Shown: in pieces, positions 15,929 to 25,910 of the stretch | How the letters are laid out: each line of letters begins with the position of its first letter | Numbering within the stretch: position 1 is the stretch's first letter | Origin: a virus | Taxonomy: Duplodnaviria > Caudoviricetes | Reading direction: 5' to 3' (one strand) | Length of the DNA stretch: 33,049 nucleotides | IMG/VR virus record: IMGVR_UViG_3300044676_006277 | Location: 1-33,049 of that record | Position numbers and translations under genes: made by a program | The notes under the pieces: generated by a model | The model's database searches: none | Seen by the model: only the letters and a program-made list of their open reading frames with translations | Told to the model about the DNA's origin: nothing

Positions 15929-18895
15929 ATGACTGAGATGGTCCCAGTTTGGGAGCAGGAACACTACAGACTCAGGGTTGACGATACTGCAGCAGATCCA
16001 GGCACTCCCGTCTGGGTCAGTTCTGAGGACCAGGCAACGCGCACCAACATTCCTCGTGATGTCATGTTCCGCGCACGTTTCGTTGTTGCCAACACAAGCG
16101 GCAATAATGGTTCTGCGACCTTCAGTCTGTACTTCTCGCACAACACTGGCACCTATACCGAAGTGGCGGCATCCGGCACGGCTGTTATTACGGCTAATGC
16201 CGGCACGCCAACCGATGCCGATGCACTGACCACGGCGAACTTCCAGTTAACGGCCGGCACGGGTACTGCTGTTAACGGTGAGTACGACGAGAATAACTCG
16301 ATAGCAACATTCTCGTTACCAAAAAACGATTACACCGAGTTCGAGTTCTGCGTACAAATTAACAGCGCGGTTGTCAGTGCGACAGATACGATTGACCTGC
16401 GTGTTTATGCAGACGACGTCGAGCTCGATGTTTACGATACGAACGCGACTGCGATCATCACGGCAACCACCAACACGGCGATCGTACCCCCGACCGGGGC
16501 AATGGTCCTGGCAGGTCTTGCACCCACAGTAACCAAAACTGAGTTCAAACTCATCACACCACCGGCAGGCGCACTCGTCCTGACCGGTCAGGCACCGGTA
16601 CGTGGTTACGGCATGCAGATTGTTGGCTATGCGCCAACTGTCACGGTTGCTGGTGGTGATAACAACATCACGAGAAACGTACCCGCAGGCGCAATGGCAC
16701 TTGCTGGTCTTACACCGACGATCGAGCGCACCGACAATAAAACGTCAGCACCGGATACTGGGTCGGTGGTTGTCACGGGTCAGGCGCCAACAGTACGCGA
16801 GAACATCATCATCAACGTGCCAACAGGATCGATGGTTCTGGCAGGCATAGCACCGAAAGTCCTGACGTTCTTTGTTGTATCGCCCGATCCAGAGGTGCTG
16901 GTACTGACGGGTATCGCACCGATCGTAGCCAGGACGGACAATCATGTAAGAGCACCACCCACCGGGTCCATTGCCCTGGCTGGTCTTGCGCCACTCGCCG
17001 CAACGTCCGAAGACAAGACCGCAGAGCCGAGCGCAGGAAGTCTGACGCTATCGGGCCTCGCGCCCTCGGTTCAACGCACAGAAAACCAGTGGATCACACC
17101 AAACACCGAGGCTCTAATCCTGGCTGGTCTGGCGCCGGCTGTTGCGGTCACAGAGAATCGCGTTGCCTTGCCACCCACTGGTACAGCAACACTCGCCGGC
17201 ATAGCACCCAGCATTGACCGGACTGACAACCACGTTATTTCGCCACCGACCGGATCACTCGCGCTCGCCGGCATAGCGCCACTTGCGATCAGTGGTGATA
17301 ACAAGATTGCATCACCACCGGTTGGCGCGATGGTCCTGGCAGGTCTTACGCCAACCATTCAGCGTACCGAGAACCAGTGGATTACTCCTGACGTTGGTAG
17401 CATGTCGTTTGCTGGACTGGCACCAACGCTCGATTACAGTTGGGTTGTCACACCACAGACAGGTACGCTTGCTTTCGCGGGTATTGCCCCGGCTGCGGTT
17501 AGTGGCAATAACAAACTGGCATCACCTCCGACAGGGTCCATGACGCTTGCCGGAATTGCCCCAACCCTTGATGTCAGTCAGAACCACCGTATTACCCCGG
17601 ACACCGGTAGCATCACGGTTACAGGCTATGCGCCCTTCCGCGGATACGGCATGCAATTGGTGGGTTATGCGCCAACGGTTACGGTATCTGGACCTGCACC
17701 AAAAACCATTACGCCAGACACGGGTTCATTGGTCCTGGCTGGTTTGGCGCCAACACTTGATTACAGTTGGGTTGTAACGCCACCAACGGGCTCGTTGAGT
17801 GTCACTGGTTACGCACCGACAGTGACGGTTGCCGGTACTGGCATTGCCATTACGCCAGACACGGGCGCAATGAATCTTGCCGGCACACTGCCAGCACTGA
17901 AAGGTTTCCGTGGGTTGGAGATTGTTGGACAGCGGCCGACCGTAATCAACACCACAGTATGGAGTGAGCCACCAGCAGGATCGATGTCGATCACGGGTCT
18001 TGCTCCGACCGTCGAAAACACTACGCCAGTACCGAAGTTTATTGAGCCTGGAACCGCGTCACTGACGATAGTCACGCACGCACCGTCGCTCGAGATAGGT
18101 ATCAACAATGCAGCACCGTCGTTGCACCTGACCGGTCATGCGCCAACCATCTCGATCAGCCAGAACCACCGTATTACGCCCGACCCCGGATCTCTGACGT
18201 TCACCGGTCATCAGCCCATCCCGGTATTTCCACCTGACGAGGCTAAACAACCCCCGTCCGGGCGTATGTCGATTACCGGTCATGCGCCTGAAGTGCGTTT
18301 TGACTGGGTCGTCAAACCCGCTGCGGGTCAAATAGCAATATCAGGCCAGGCGCCAGATCCACTGGTTAACGAGATTCGACAGCCAGATGCCGGCGCTATG
18401 GTACTCGCTGGATTGGCGCCCACCATTGACCGGACCATCTTTGAATTTGCCCGCCCTGATACGGGTTCACTGACAATTACGGGTCATGCGCCAACGTCCA
18501 TCAACACCACACCGGGACTTGGCAAGCGTGTCACTGGTCGCTCGAGGGGCAAGGGCAAGCGCCGTTGGTACGTCGAGGTAGACGGCCAGGACTTCGTTGC
18601 GTACTCGCAGGCAGAGGTCCAGCAACTGCTCAGTACTGCGGTCGAGGTCGCAGAAACCGAGGAAATAACAGAACCCTCGGTCATCCGTGTAAGAACGGGT
18701 AGTGGCAAGCCAACCCAGTCCAAGGCTATACAGAAAGCCGTAACGACCGCACAACGCACGATCGAGAAAGGCATAGACACTCGCCAGGCGCAACGCATGA
18801 AGATGCGCCAGGTGGACCTTGAGATCGCACAACTACTGACCAGAAAGATTGCAGAGGAAGAGGAGGAAGCACTGCTCATGCTGCTGCTGCTATAA
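15929..18895 (+). CDS. Large repeat-containing virion protein (fibre-like)
   Basis: GAGGAG RBS; N-terminal beta domain, ~25-30 units of PxxGxxxLxGxAP, charged C-terminus ending EEEEEALLMLLLL. Confidence 0.75.
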   Translation: MTEMVPVWEQEHYRLRVDDTAADPGTPVWVSSEDQATRTNIPRDVMFRARFVVANTSGNNGSATFSLYFSHNTGTYTEVAASGTAVITANAGTPTDADALTTANFQLTAGTGTAVNGEYDENNSIATFSLPKNDYTEFEFCVQINSAVVSATDTIDLRVYADDVELDVYDTNATAIITATTNTAIVPPTGAMVLAGLAPTVTKTEFKLITPPAGALVLTGQAPVRGYGMQIVGYAPTVTVAGGDNNITRNVPAGAMALAGLTPTIERTDNKTSAPDTGSVVVTGQAPTVRENIIINVPTGSMVLAGIAPKVLTFFVVSPDPEVLVLTGIAPIVARTDNHVRAPPTGSIALAGLAPLAATSEDKTAEPSAGSLTLSGLAPSVQRTENQWITPNTEALILAGLAPAVAVTENRVALPPTGTATLAGIAPSIDRTDNHVISPPTGSLALAGIAPLAISGDNKIASPPVGAMVLAGLTPTIQRTENQWITPDVGSMSFAGLAPTLDYSWVVTPQTGTLAFAGIAPAAVSGNNKLASPPTGSMTLAGIAPTLDVSQNHRITPDTGSITVTGYAPFRGYGMQLVGYAPTVTVSGPAPKTITPDTGSLVLAGLAPTLDYSWVVTPPTGSLSVTGYAPTVTVAGTGIAITPDTGAMNLAGTLPALKGFRGLEIVGQRPTVINTTVWSEPPAGSMSITGLAPTVENTTPVPKFIEPGTASLTIVTHAPSLEIGINNAAPSLHLTGHAPTISISQNHRITPDPGSLTFTGHQPIPVFPPDEAKQPPSGRMSITGHAPEVRFDWVVKPAAGQIAISGQAPDPLVNEIRQPDAGAMVLAGLAPTIDRTIFEFARPDTGSLTITGHAPTSINTTPGLGKRVTGRSRGKGKRRWYVEVDGQDFVAYSQAEVQQLLSTAVEVAETEEITEPSVIRVRTGSGKPTQSKAIQKAVTTAQRTIEKGIDTRQAQRMKMRQVDLEIAQLLTRKIAEEEEEALLMLLLL
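16480..18500 (+). repeat. Degenerate tandem ~25-aa coding repeat
   Basis: PPTGAMVLAGLAPTV-type units; exact DNA duplicates GATTACAGTTGGGTTGT (~17432, ~17760) and CAGAACCACCGTATTAC (~17579, ~18161). Confidence 0.85.
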
Positions 18896-19047
18896 TGAGT
18901 AAAGGATCAAACAGAAGACCAACGAAGGTCAACAAGAGGACATTCGAGTCGAATTGGGAGAATATCTTTGGCCGCAAGACTAAACCGAATGCATCAAGAA
19001 GCAATACGCGAAAAGATCAGGGCAAGTCAGTTAGTAAATCGCCTTGA
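18895..19047 (+). CDS. 50-aa small phage protein (not in ORF track)
   Basis: MSKGSNRRP....FESNWENIFG, a pattern I recognise from small phage proteins; TAATG-coupled. Confidence 0.6.
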   Translation: MSKGSNRRPTKVNKRTFESNWENIFGRKTKPNASRSNTRKDQGKSVSKSP

Positions 19048-19219
19048 GAATCATATACTTGATGATATTGATATGACTGCTACACAGGTCACTGCAGCAC
19101 TAGGTCTGTTACGCAAGTGTGTGCCTGACCTGAAGGCAGAAGAGATCGACGTAACGCACGACATTGGCGAGGGTCTGAAGCGCGAGATACACAAGCATTA
19201 TGGTCGCGCAACAGAGTGA
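18968..19219 (+). CDS. terS: Putative terminase small subunit
   Basis: GGGAG RBS with TTG start; REKIRASQLVNRL...QVTAALGLLRKCVPDLK; directly upstream of TerL. Confidence 0.65.
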   Translation: MAARLNRMHQEAIREKIRASQLVNRLENHILDDIDMTATQVTAALGLLRKCVPDLKAEEIDVTHDIGEGLKREIHKHYGRATE

Positions 19220-20468
19220 AGTAGTCCATGCGTATTGGCCCCCGGTATTCCAGCCACTGGATGAACCGCACCGATACAAGGTATGCCTGGGTGGTCGAGG
19301 TGGTGGCCGCTCCTGGGCGTATGCGAGGGCGTTGTTAGTTGAGGCGTGGCAGAACCCCTTACGTATCCTCTGCACCCGCGAGATTCAACGCTCAATCAAG
19401 GACAGCGTGTATCAACTGCTGCTTGACCAGATTAAGGAACTGGACCTGCAGGCGCACTTCACCATCAAGAACGACGAGATACTGAGTGATGCAGGTAGCA
19501 AGTTCGTGTTTGCCGGCCTGAGACAGCAAGAGATCCTTAACCTGAAGAGTATGGAGGCTATCGATCGAGTATGGGTGGAAGAGGCGCAGAGCGTATCTGA
19601 GAGGTCCTGGCAGATCTTGGTGCCGACTATCCGTAAACCAGGCAGTGAGATATGGATAACCTTTAATCCGGGCATGATTACAGACCCAACTTATCAGCGG
19701 TTTATCGTCAATCCACCTGACGACACGGTTATCATCCACGCCTCTTACCATGATAACGAGTGGTTCCCGTCTGAGCTCGAGGCCGAGCGCCTGCACTGTA
19801 AGAAGTACGACCCCGAAAACTATGACAATATCTGGGAAGGCAAGCCTCGGGAGACAGTTGACGGTGCTATATTCCACCGTGAGATAGTCGAGGCGATCAA
19901 TGAAAAGCGCATACGTCCTGTACCTCGAGATCCGACACTGCCGACCCATACCGTATGGGACCTGGGCTGGGCTGACCAGGCATCGATTATATTTGTGCAA
20001 CGGATAGGCGCAGAATTGCGTATTATCGACTACATCGAGGACAGCCACAGGACATTGGATGACTACGTTGGTGAGATTGAGCAACGCCGCTGGAAGTGGG
20101 GAACGGATTACCTACCGCATGATGGTGCTGCCAAGTCGTTGCAGACCGGCATGAGTCCAGCAGAGATCATCCGCCGGCTAGGTCGCAAGGTGCATATCAT
20201 CCCGGCACAGAAGGTCGAGGACGGTATCAAGGCGGCACGCATGATGTTCAGACAGTGCTACTTCGATGAGGTGAAGACCTCACGGCTAACCGAATGCCTG
20301 AAGAGATACAGGCGCAACATACCGATCACCACTAACGAGCCGAGCAGCCCGGTGCATGACGAGTTCAGTCACGGCGCCGATGCGTTCAGGATGCTGGCAT
20401 TGATTGCCAACCGCATGAAGAACGATGACGACAAACCCATTGAATACAGCAACGCAGGAATAGTCTGA
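19200..20468 (+). CDS. terL: Terminase large subunit (PBSX/SPP1-like)
   Basis: GGRGGGRS (Walker A-like), CTREIQRSIKDSV, VWVEEAQ (Walker B), TFNP, WDLG, HDEFSHGADAFR. Confidence 0.96.
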   Translation: MVAQQSEVVHAYWPPVFQPLDEPHRYKVCLGGRGGGRSWAYARALLVEAWQNPLRILCTREIQRSIKDSVYQLLLDQIKELDLQAHFTIKNDEILSDAGSKFVFAGLRQQEILNLKSMEAIDRVWVEEAQSVSERSWQILVPTIRKPGSEIWITFNPGMITDPTYQRFIVNPPDDTVIIHASYHDNEWFPSELEAERLHCKKYDPENYDNIWEGKPRETVDGAIFHREIVEAINEKRIRPVPRDPTLPTHTVWDLGWADQASIIFVQRIGAELRIIDYIEDSHRTLDDYVGEIEQRRWKWGTDYLPHDGAAKSLQTGMSPAEIIRRLGRKVHIIPAQKVEDGIKAARMMFRQCYFDEVKTSRLTECLKRYRRNIPITTNEPSSPVHDEFSHGADAFRMLALIANRMKNDDDKPIEYSNAGIV

Positions 20469-22756
20469 TGCCTGATCAAGATGCGCTACTTAGCGCGATA
20501 GATTCATACGAAGACCAGTCGATCGGCTCAGAGAGTTCAACTGGCGAGCTCTCACGACAGCGTGCGCTGGCACTCGATACTTACCAGGGAAAGAACATAT
20601 CGCCTGCACCTGAAGGACGCAGCCAGGTCGTGGATATGTCGGTGTTCGAGACAGTGCAGTGGATCTTGCCATCACTGACGCGGATCTTTTGCGGTGATGA
20701 CTCAGTGGTTGAGTTTGTGCCGACCGGGCCGGAAGACGAGGATGCTGCAGCACAGGAGTCCGAAGTACTCAACTACCTGGTGACCAAAAAGGGTGACTGG
20801 TTTCTGAACTGTCTGCAATGGTTCCAGGACGCACTCGTAACCAAGAATGCCTACATGCTGGTGAGCATGGATGAGAGGATCATCCCAGAGGTTGAGCGTT
20901 ATGAGCGCCAGACCGAAGAGCAGGTCGCGATGCTTCTCGAGGACGATGTCGAGGTGGTGGGTCAGGATCAGTATCAAGACCCAGACGATGAGGGTACGCT
21001 GATCCACCCCATGACCGGGCAACCGGTGCAGGATGAGATGCAGATGGCCGAAGCAATGGCTGCGTACCAGGCTGCCGGCATGGAACCGCAGGTCATCTAC
21101 AAGCAACTGTTCGACATCGAGGTGCGTCGTACCGAGGCAAAGCAGGAGTTGTGCTTTTCAGTACTGCCACCGGAGCGTTGCAGTGTTGGTGTGGACACAC
21201 CGGACTTCTCTCTGACCAATGCGAACTACTTCGAGTACTTCGAGGAAGTCAGCATCTCCGACCTGCGAAAGATGGGCTATGAGGTTGACGACGACATCCA
21301 CGATGAGGGGTTGCGCCAGACCAAGGAGGATGAGGCACGCGATGACATCTTCCAGCACGTTGAGTACATGGACAACACGGACCCCACACTGCGGCAGGTC
21401 AAGGTAAGATCCATCTGGATTCGCCATGACTATGACGGTGATGGCATTGCGGAGTTGCAGAAGGTGGTCCTGGTTGGCCGTGAGATCCTCGACCACGAGC
21501 CGGCATCGTGCATCCCGGTCGCGTCGATCGTGCCGTTTTTGAATACACATCGTCATGTCGGCATAAGCGTGGCAGACCTGGTGTTCAGCATTCAGCAGAT
21601 CAAGACAGCCATGCTGAGATCCGGGCTGGACTCGTTGTACCTGGCGAACAACCCACGCCACGCGATCAACAAGAACAATGTCAGCATCGATGACCTGCTG
21701 GTATCACGGCCCGGTGGTGTGGTGCGTGTTGATGGACCTCCTGGTGCCGGCGACATTATCCCACTGCAGACTGAGAATACCTTCCCCTATGCCCAACAGG
21801 GACTGCAGCACATGGACTCTGTGATCGAGTCCAGGGTGGGTGTATCGAGGATGTTCACGGGCATCGACGCATCGGCAATGATTGGGCAGAACTCCTACAA
21901 CGCCATTGGTCAGTTATCGACGATGGCATCACAGCGCGTGGAGCAGATTGCACGTATCTGCGGACACGGCATCGAGACACTGTTCCGTATTGCTCACGAG
22001 TTGGTGATCAAGTCTGGTCACTCGATGGACTCGATACGACTTCGTGGACAGTGGGTGGAGATTGACCCGACCCAGTGGCGCACCGGTCGAGACATGCGGG
22101 TGGTTGCTCCGTATGCGGCCGGCAACAAGGACAGCCTGCTACAGCGCCTGATGATTCACATGCAGATTCACGAGAAGGCATTGGCTAGTGGCTTGCCGAT
22201 CGTGCAGCAGGATGACACGTATGAACTCGCACTCATGGTTGCCTCGGCTACCGATGTGAGTGGTGACAAGATATACACCGACCCGCGAACCGTTCAGCCA
22301 CCTGAGCCACCACCTGATTACACGGCTATGGCACTCGAGATCGAGAACAAGAAGGCCAACAACCAGGCAACAGACACGCAGGTTGATGCCGAGATTGACA
22401 AGTACAAGGCTGATCTCGATGCACAGGTCAAGCAATACCAGGTCGAGGCCAACGCGCAGTTGCAACTGGCACTGGCTAACATCAAGGCCGGCAACACGGT
22501 GGACCTGGAGAAGGTCAGGGCCAATCTCAAGGTTAACCCGATCGAGCTCGAGGGTGAGCAGATTGCGGTGAGTGATGCATTCAAGGCGACCAAGGAAGCG
22601 AACGAGGCTATGGCCGAAACCATGCAGGCGACCATCGGAGCATTGCAGGAGGTGATGCGTAAGCAGTCAGCCCCGATCAAGGTGATACGAGACAAGAGTG
22701 GCAAGATCACCGGCAAAGAGGTTGATGGTGAGTTCATACCCCTGGAGGACGCATGA
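20468..22756 (+). CDS. Portal protein (podovirus-type, long C-terminal coil)
   Basis: 762 aa after TerL; EGRSQVVDMSVFETVQWILPSL, QQIKTAMLRSGLDSLYLANNPR, DLLVSRPGGVVRV. Confidence 0.92.
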   Translation: MPDQDALLSAIDSYEDQSIGSESSTGELSRQRALALDTYQGKNISPAPEGRSQVVDMSVFETVQWILPSLTRIFCGDDSVVEFVPTGPEDEDAAAQESEVLNYLVTKKGDWFLNCLQWFQDALVTKNAYMLVSMDERIIPEVERYERQTEEQVAMLLEDDVEVVGQDQYQDPDDEGTLIHPMTGQPVQDEMQMAEAMAAYQAAGMEPQVIYKQLFDIEVRRTEAKQELCFSVLPPERCSVGVDTPDFSLTNANYFEYFEEVSISDLRKMGYEVDDDIHDEGLRQTKEDEARDDIFQHVEYMDNTDPTLRQVKVRSIWIRHDYDGDGIAELQKVVLVGREILDHEPASCIPVASIVPFLNTHRHVGISVADLVFSIQQIKTAMLRSGLDSLYLANNPRHAINKNNVSIDDLLVSRPGGVVRVDGPPGAGDIIPLQTENTFPYAQQGLQHMDSVIESRVGVSRMFTGIDASAMIGQNSYNAIGQLSTMASQRVEQIARICGHGIETLFRIAHELVIKSGHSMDSIRLRGQWVEIDPTQWRTGRDMRVVAPYAAGNKDSLLQRLMIHMQIHEKALASGLPIVQQDDTYELALMVASATDVSGDKIYTDPRTVQPPEPPPDYTAMALEIENKKANNQATDTQVDAEIDKYKADLDAQVKQYQVEANAQLQLALANIKAGNTVDLEKVRANLKVNPIELEGEQIAVSDAFKATKEANEAMAETMQATIGALQEVMRKQSAPIKVIRDKSGKITGKEVDGEFIPLEDA

Positions 22757-22929
22757 GCAGGGCTGTTAGTAATCGCTTCAAGACAGACAACAATGACTTC
22801 CTGCGCCTGGAGAGTGACTGGACTTGGTTTAGATTGTTGTTAGAGGATGCGCCGAACGGCACTACCTCCACCAAAAACCGGGAGTACAACAGGAAGTTCC
22901 CTGGCTATACGGGTCCACACTATGAATGA
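22753..22929 (+). CDS. 58-aa hypothetical protein
   Basis: GGAGG RBS, ATGA-coupled to portal; DFLRLESD...LLLED. Confidence 0.55.
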   Translation: MSRAVSNRFKTDNNDFLRLESDWTWFRLLLEDAPNGTTSTKNREYNRKFPGYTGPHYE

Positions 22930-24697
22930 CAAAAAACTCACACAGTTGACTGAATTAACAGAGGTCGCCGATGACGATTATCTGTACATCACGGATACAT
23001 CGGCAAGCGCATCAAGAAAGGCCCAGGCGAAGAACGTTCGGGGTTGGCCGAAGACGGCGGCGGAAACGAGTGCGGGTGTCAGTATTGTCAGTTATCAATA
23101 TCCGCCCGGTGATGTGTTGAGGTATGGAACGAACACCACACCCGGTACTACGGATATGACCACCGTTATCCAGAATGCACTGGACAGTAACAAGGAGGTC
23201 TTGGTCCCTGCTGGTGACTACTTAATCACCACACAGTTGACGATGAATGCCGATAACGTCCTGCGTGGTGAGGGTTGGGATTCAAACATCACCATGAGTG
23301 GCGCTGATAAGCGCATCGTTCATGTTACCGGGGTGGATAGAGTAACGGTACGTGACATCAAACTGACTAATGTACTCAGCACAACGAACGTACCAACCGT
23401 GAACATTAGCAACTCGGCAGATAGCCGGGTTCTCAACTGTTACATCACGGGATGCTCTGGTGATGGTGTGCGCGGTGTGAGCGGCACTGTGCGACTACTG
23501 GTTGATGGGTGCTACTTCGCGGGTGGCACTGGCTCTGTTCAGGACCAGTCGGATATTGCCTTCTTTCTTGATTGCAAGTACTCCATAGCGAGTAACAACC
23601 AATGTCATCTCGGTGGGTGGCACGGAATACGGTGTCAACACGACTCGTTTTACAACACGGTAATTGGTAACACCATAGGCACTCACACCGCTTACGGCAT
23701 TATCATAACGTATGAAGACGTAACGAATGGAACGCCTGGTCCGACATACAACAAGGCCATAGGCAACACGATCTATGACATCACTGGTGCCGCTCTCATC
23801 TCTGGTGAGGAAAGAGCGGGGGCAGGTATCTACGGTGTTGCTGGTGGTAACTGCGTGATTGAAGGAAACATCATCAAGGACTGCAACCAATTAACAGACA
23901 TTGAGGTATTAGCACCAGCGGGAATTGGCATAAACGACATGCGTGGTGACACGGTTATTGCCAATAACCACATTGTCTCTTGTGACTGGTACGGGATTGT
24001 CGTGTTCTCCACGGATGAGGCACAGACGGCGATCAGCGGCAATACCGTTCAGGACTGTACGAAGACGGGCATTTACACCAAGAACTCAAACTATGTAAAC
24101 ATCAATGGCAACACGGTTTGGAATGACACAGCGGCAGCAGCGGCCATAGCAATACGTGGAGAATCGGCAACATCTTACGAACTGTCTGTAACGAATAATC
24201 ATATTTATGGCGATGGCACCAATGGTGTGACACGGGGTATCAACGCACTTGATGTAGAGGACGTTGTCATTTCCGGCAACAAGATCAAACACCCGTCCAC
24301 TTATGGCATCTATTGCGATTCCGTAGATAATGCCGCCATAACCGGCAACACGGTGGTTGATAGCGATGACTACTGTGTGCGCTTGATTAGCTCAACCAAT
24401 GTGACGGTGACGGGTAACGTGCTTGAGGGTACTGGCACCTACGCTTTTAATGTCGCAACCAGTTGCTCTGGTAGTCAGGCGCACAGCAACGTCATGTCAC
24501 CAAACCTCGTTTACAACGCAGTATCGGGGTGCAAACTTACAACTACAGGAAGTGCTACGCCAGTGGGCGGATACTATCAAGTGGGTGATATTGTAATGGA
24601 CACGGCACCAACTGCTGGTGGAACTATCGGGTGGGTATGCACCACTGCGGGTACGTCACCCACCTGGAAGACCTTTGGGAGCATAGAGGTAGCATGA
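22922..24697 (+). CDS. Right-handed beta-helix spike/fibre (tailspike-like)
   Basis: MNDKKLTQLTEL attachment-type N-terminus; DMTTVIQNALD..VLVPAGDYLI; many IxGNTI repeats. Confidence 0.85.
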   Translation: MNDKKLTQLTELTEVADDDYLYITDTSASASRKAQAKNVRGWPKTAAETSAGVSIVSYQYPPGDVLRYGTNTTPGTTDMTTVIQNALDSNKEVLVPAGDYLITTQLTMNADNVLRGEGWDSNITMSGADKRIVHVTGVDRVTVRDIKLTNVLSTTNVPTVNISNSADSRVLNCYITGCSGDGVRGVSGTVRLLVDGCYFAGGTGSVQDQSDIAFFLDCKYSIASNNQCHLGGWHGIRCQHDSFYNTVIGNTIGTHTAYGIIITYEDVTNGTPGPTYNKAIGNTIYDITGAALISGEERAGAGIYGVAGGNCVIEGNIIKDCNQLTDIEVLAPAGIGINDMRGDTVIANNHIVSCDWYGIVVFSTDEAQTAISGNTVQDCTKTGIYTKNSNYVNINGNTVWNDTAAAAAIAIRGESATSYELSVTNNHIYGDGTNGVTRGINALDVEDVVISGNKIKHPSTYGIYCDSVDNAAITGNTVVDSDDYCVRLISSTNVTVTGNVLEGTGTYAFNVATSCSGSQAHSNVMSPNLVYNAVSGCKLTTTGSATPVGGYYQVGDIVMDTAPTAGGTIGWVCTTAGTSPTWKTFGSIEVA

Positions 24698-24966
24698 CAG
24701 CAAAAGCAGACAGAGCACAAGAACTACTCGATGACCCTATCTTGCAGGAAGCATTCAGCACTGTACGAGAGCGTTACCGGGATTTGATTGAGGAAACACC
24801 CTTATCATCCAAGGATGACGAGGCATTGCACGACATCAGGAAGATGTTGCACTTACTCCGTGAAGTGGAAAAACACCTCGCCCAGGTTGTTCAGGATGGA
24901 CACCTTGAGGACTTCCGCGTCATGGAACAAAACAAAGGTGACTTATGGCCGAGCAAGAAACACTAG
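24694..24966 (+). CDS. Conserved head-module small protein
   Basis: MTAKADRAQELLDDPILQEAF; usual position before the scaffold. Confidence 0.75.
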   Translation: MTAKADRAQELLDDPILQEAFSTVRERYRDLIEETPLSSKDDEALHDIRKMLHLLREVEKHLAQVVQDGHLEDFRVMEQNKGDLWPSKKH

Positions 24967-25901
24967 CAGAGATCGATGCAAACTCAACAGAGCAGGCAGA
25001 GGACGCAGTAGCAGACTTCCTGTTTGGTGCTGAACCGGAAGACCAGGACGATTACGAGCCTAACCCGGAACCCGTGGTCGAGGGTGATGAGGCGGATCCT
25101 GAAGAGGTAGCCGAGGAAGAGCCCGAGGAGACAACCGGGTTTGTCGAGGTCGAGTACGACGGGCAGTTGTATGAAGTCCCTGAGAACCTCAAGGACGCAT
25201 TGCTACGCCAGCAGGACTACACCACCAAGACGCAGGAGGTATCAAGCCAGCGCAAGGTGGTCGAGGTCCAGTTAGGCGAATTGGAACAGACCGCGAAGAA
25301 CTTCCAGTTTGCCGAGGCTATGCAGGGTGATGTACTCAAGGTCCAGCAACTGGAATCTCAGGCAGAGCAGTTGCACTCCTATTTGCGAGAAAATATTGAT
25401 ACACTCTCGTCAACGGAAATAGAAAAGATTCGCTTTGGAGTGGAGGACGCTCGCCGGCAACGTGATGAGTTAGTCCAGACAATCCAGGGCAAGACAACTG
25501 AATTTCAGCAGGCGCAGGAGCAGGCCCGAGCGGAACTCCTGAACAAAGGCACTGAGGTTCTACGGCAGAAAATCCCCGGATGGGGTGAAGAACTTCAAAA
25601 GGAAGTCGAGGATTACGTGTTAGCGAAAGGCAAAACCGATGCCCAGATTAACAATATTATTGACCCGATTGATGTCGAGATAGCGTGGGAAGCAGCGCAG
25701 TATCGAAAACTCAAGGACGGGATTACCCCTGCCGTTAAAAAGGTGCAAGAGGCACCAACTATCAAGCCTAAAGCGCGTGACCCCAAGACGGGCAAATTCG
25801 TGAGACAGCAGAAGTTGTCAAAGGCACTGAAGTCAAACCTTTCGGCGCCAGACAAAGCAAGTCTGATTGGCGAGGACATTGCCAGCCGAATGTTTAGATA
25901 A
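24945..25901 (+). CDS. Capsid scaffolding protein
   Basis: Acidic N-terminus, VEYDGQLYEV...LRQQDYTTKTQEV, coiled coil; upstream of MCP. Confidence 0.88.
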   Translation: MAEQETLAEIDANSTEQAEDAVADFLFGAEPEDQDDYEPNPEPVVEGDEADPEEVAEEEPEETTGFVEVEYDGQLYEVPENLKDALLRQQDYTTKTQEVSSQRKVVEVQLGELEQTAKNFQFAEAMQGDVLKVQQLESQAEQLHSYLRENIDTLSSTEIEKIRFGVEDARRQRDELVQTIQGKTTEFQQAQEQARAELLNKGTEVLRQKIPGWGEELQKEVEDYVLAKGKTDAQINNIIDPIDVEIAWEAAQYRKLKDGITPAVKKVQEAPTIKPKARDPKTGKFVRQQKLSKALKSNLSAPDKASLIGEDIASRMFR

Positions 25902-25910
25902 GGAACTATC

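Noticed and set aside
16480-18500. Repeats as a CRISPR array or DGR template/variable pair
   Set aside because: They are degenerate in-frame coding repeats; no constant repeat-spacer pattern and no cas or reverse transcriptase gene
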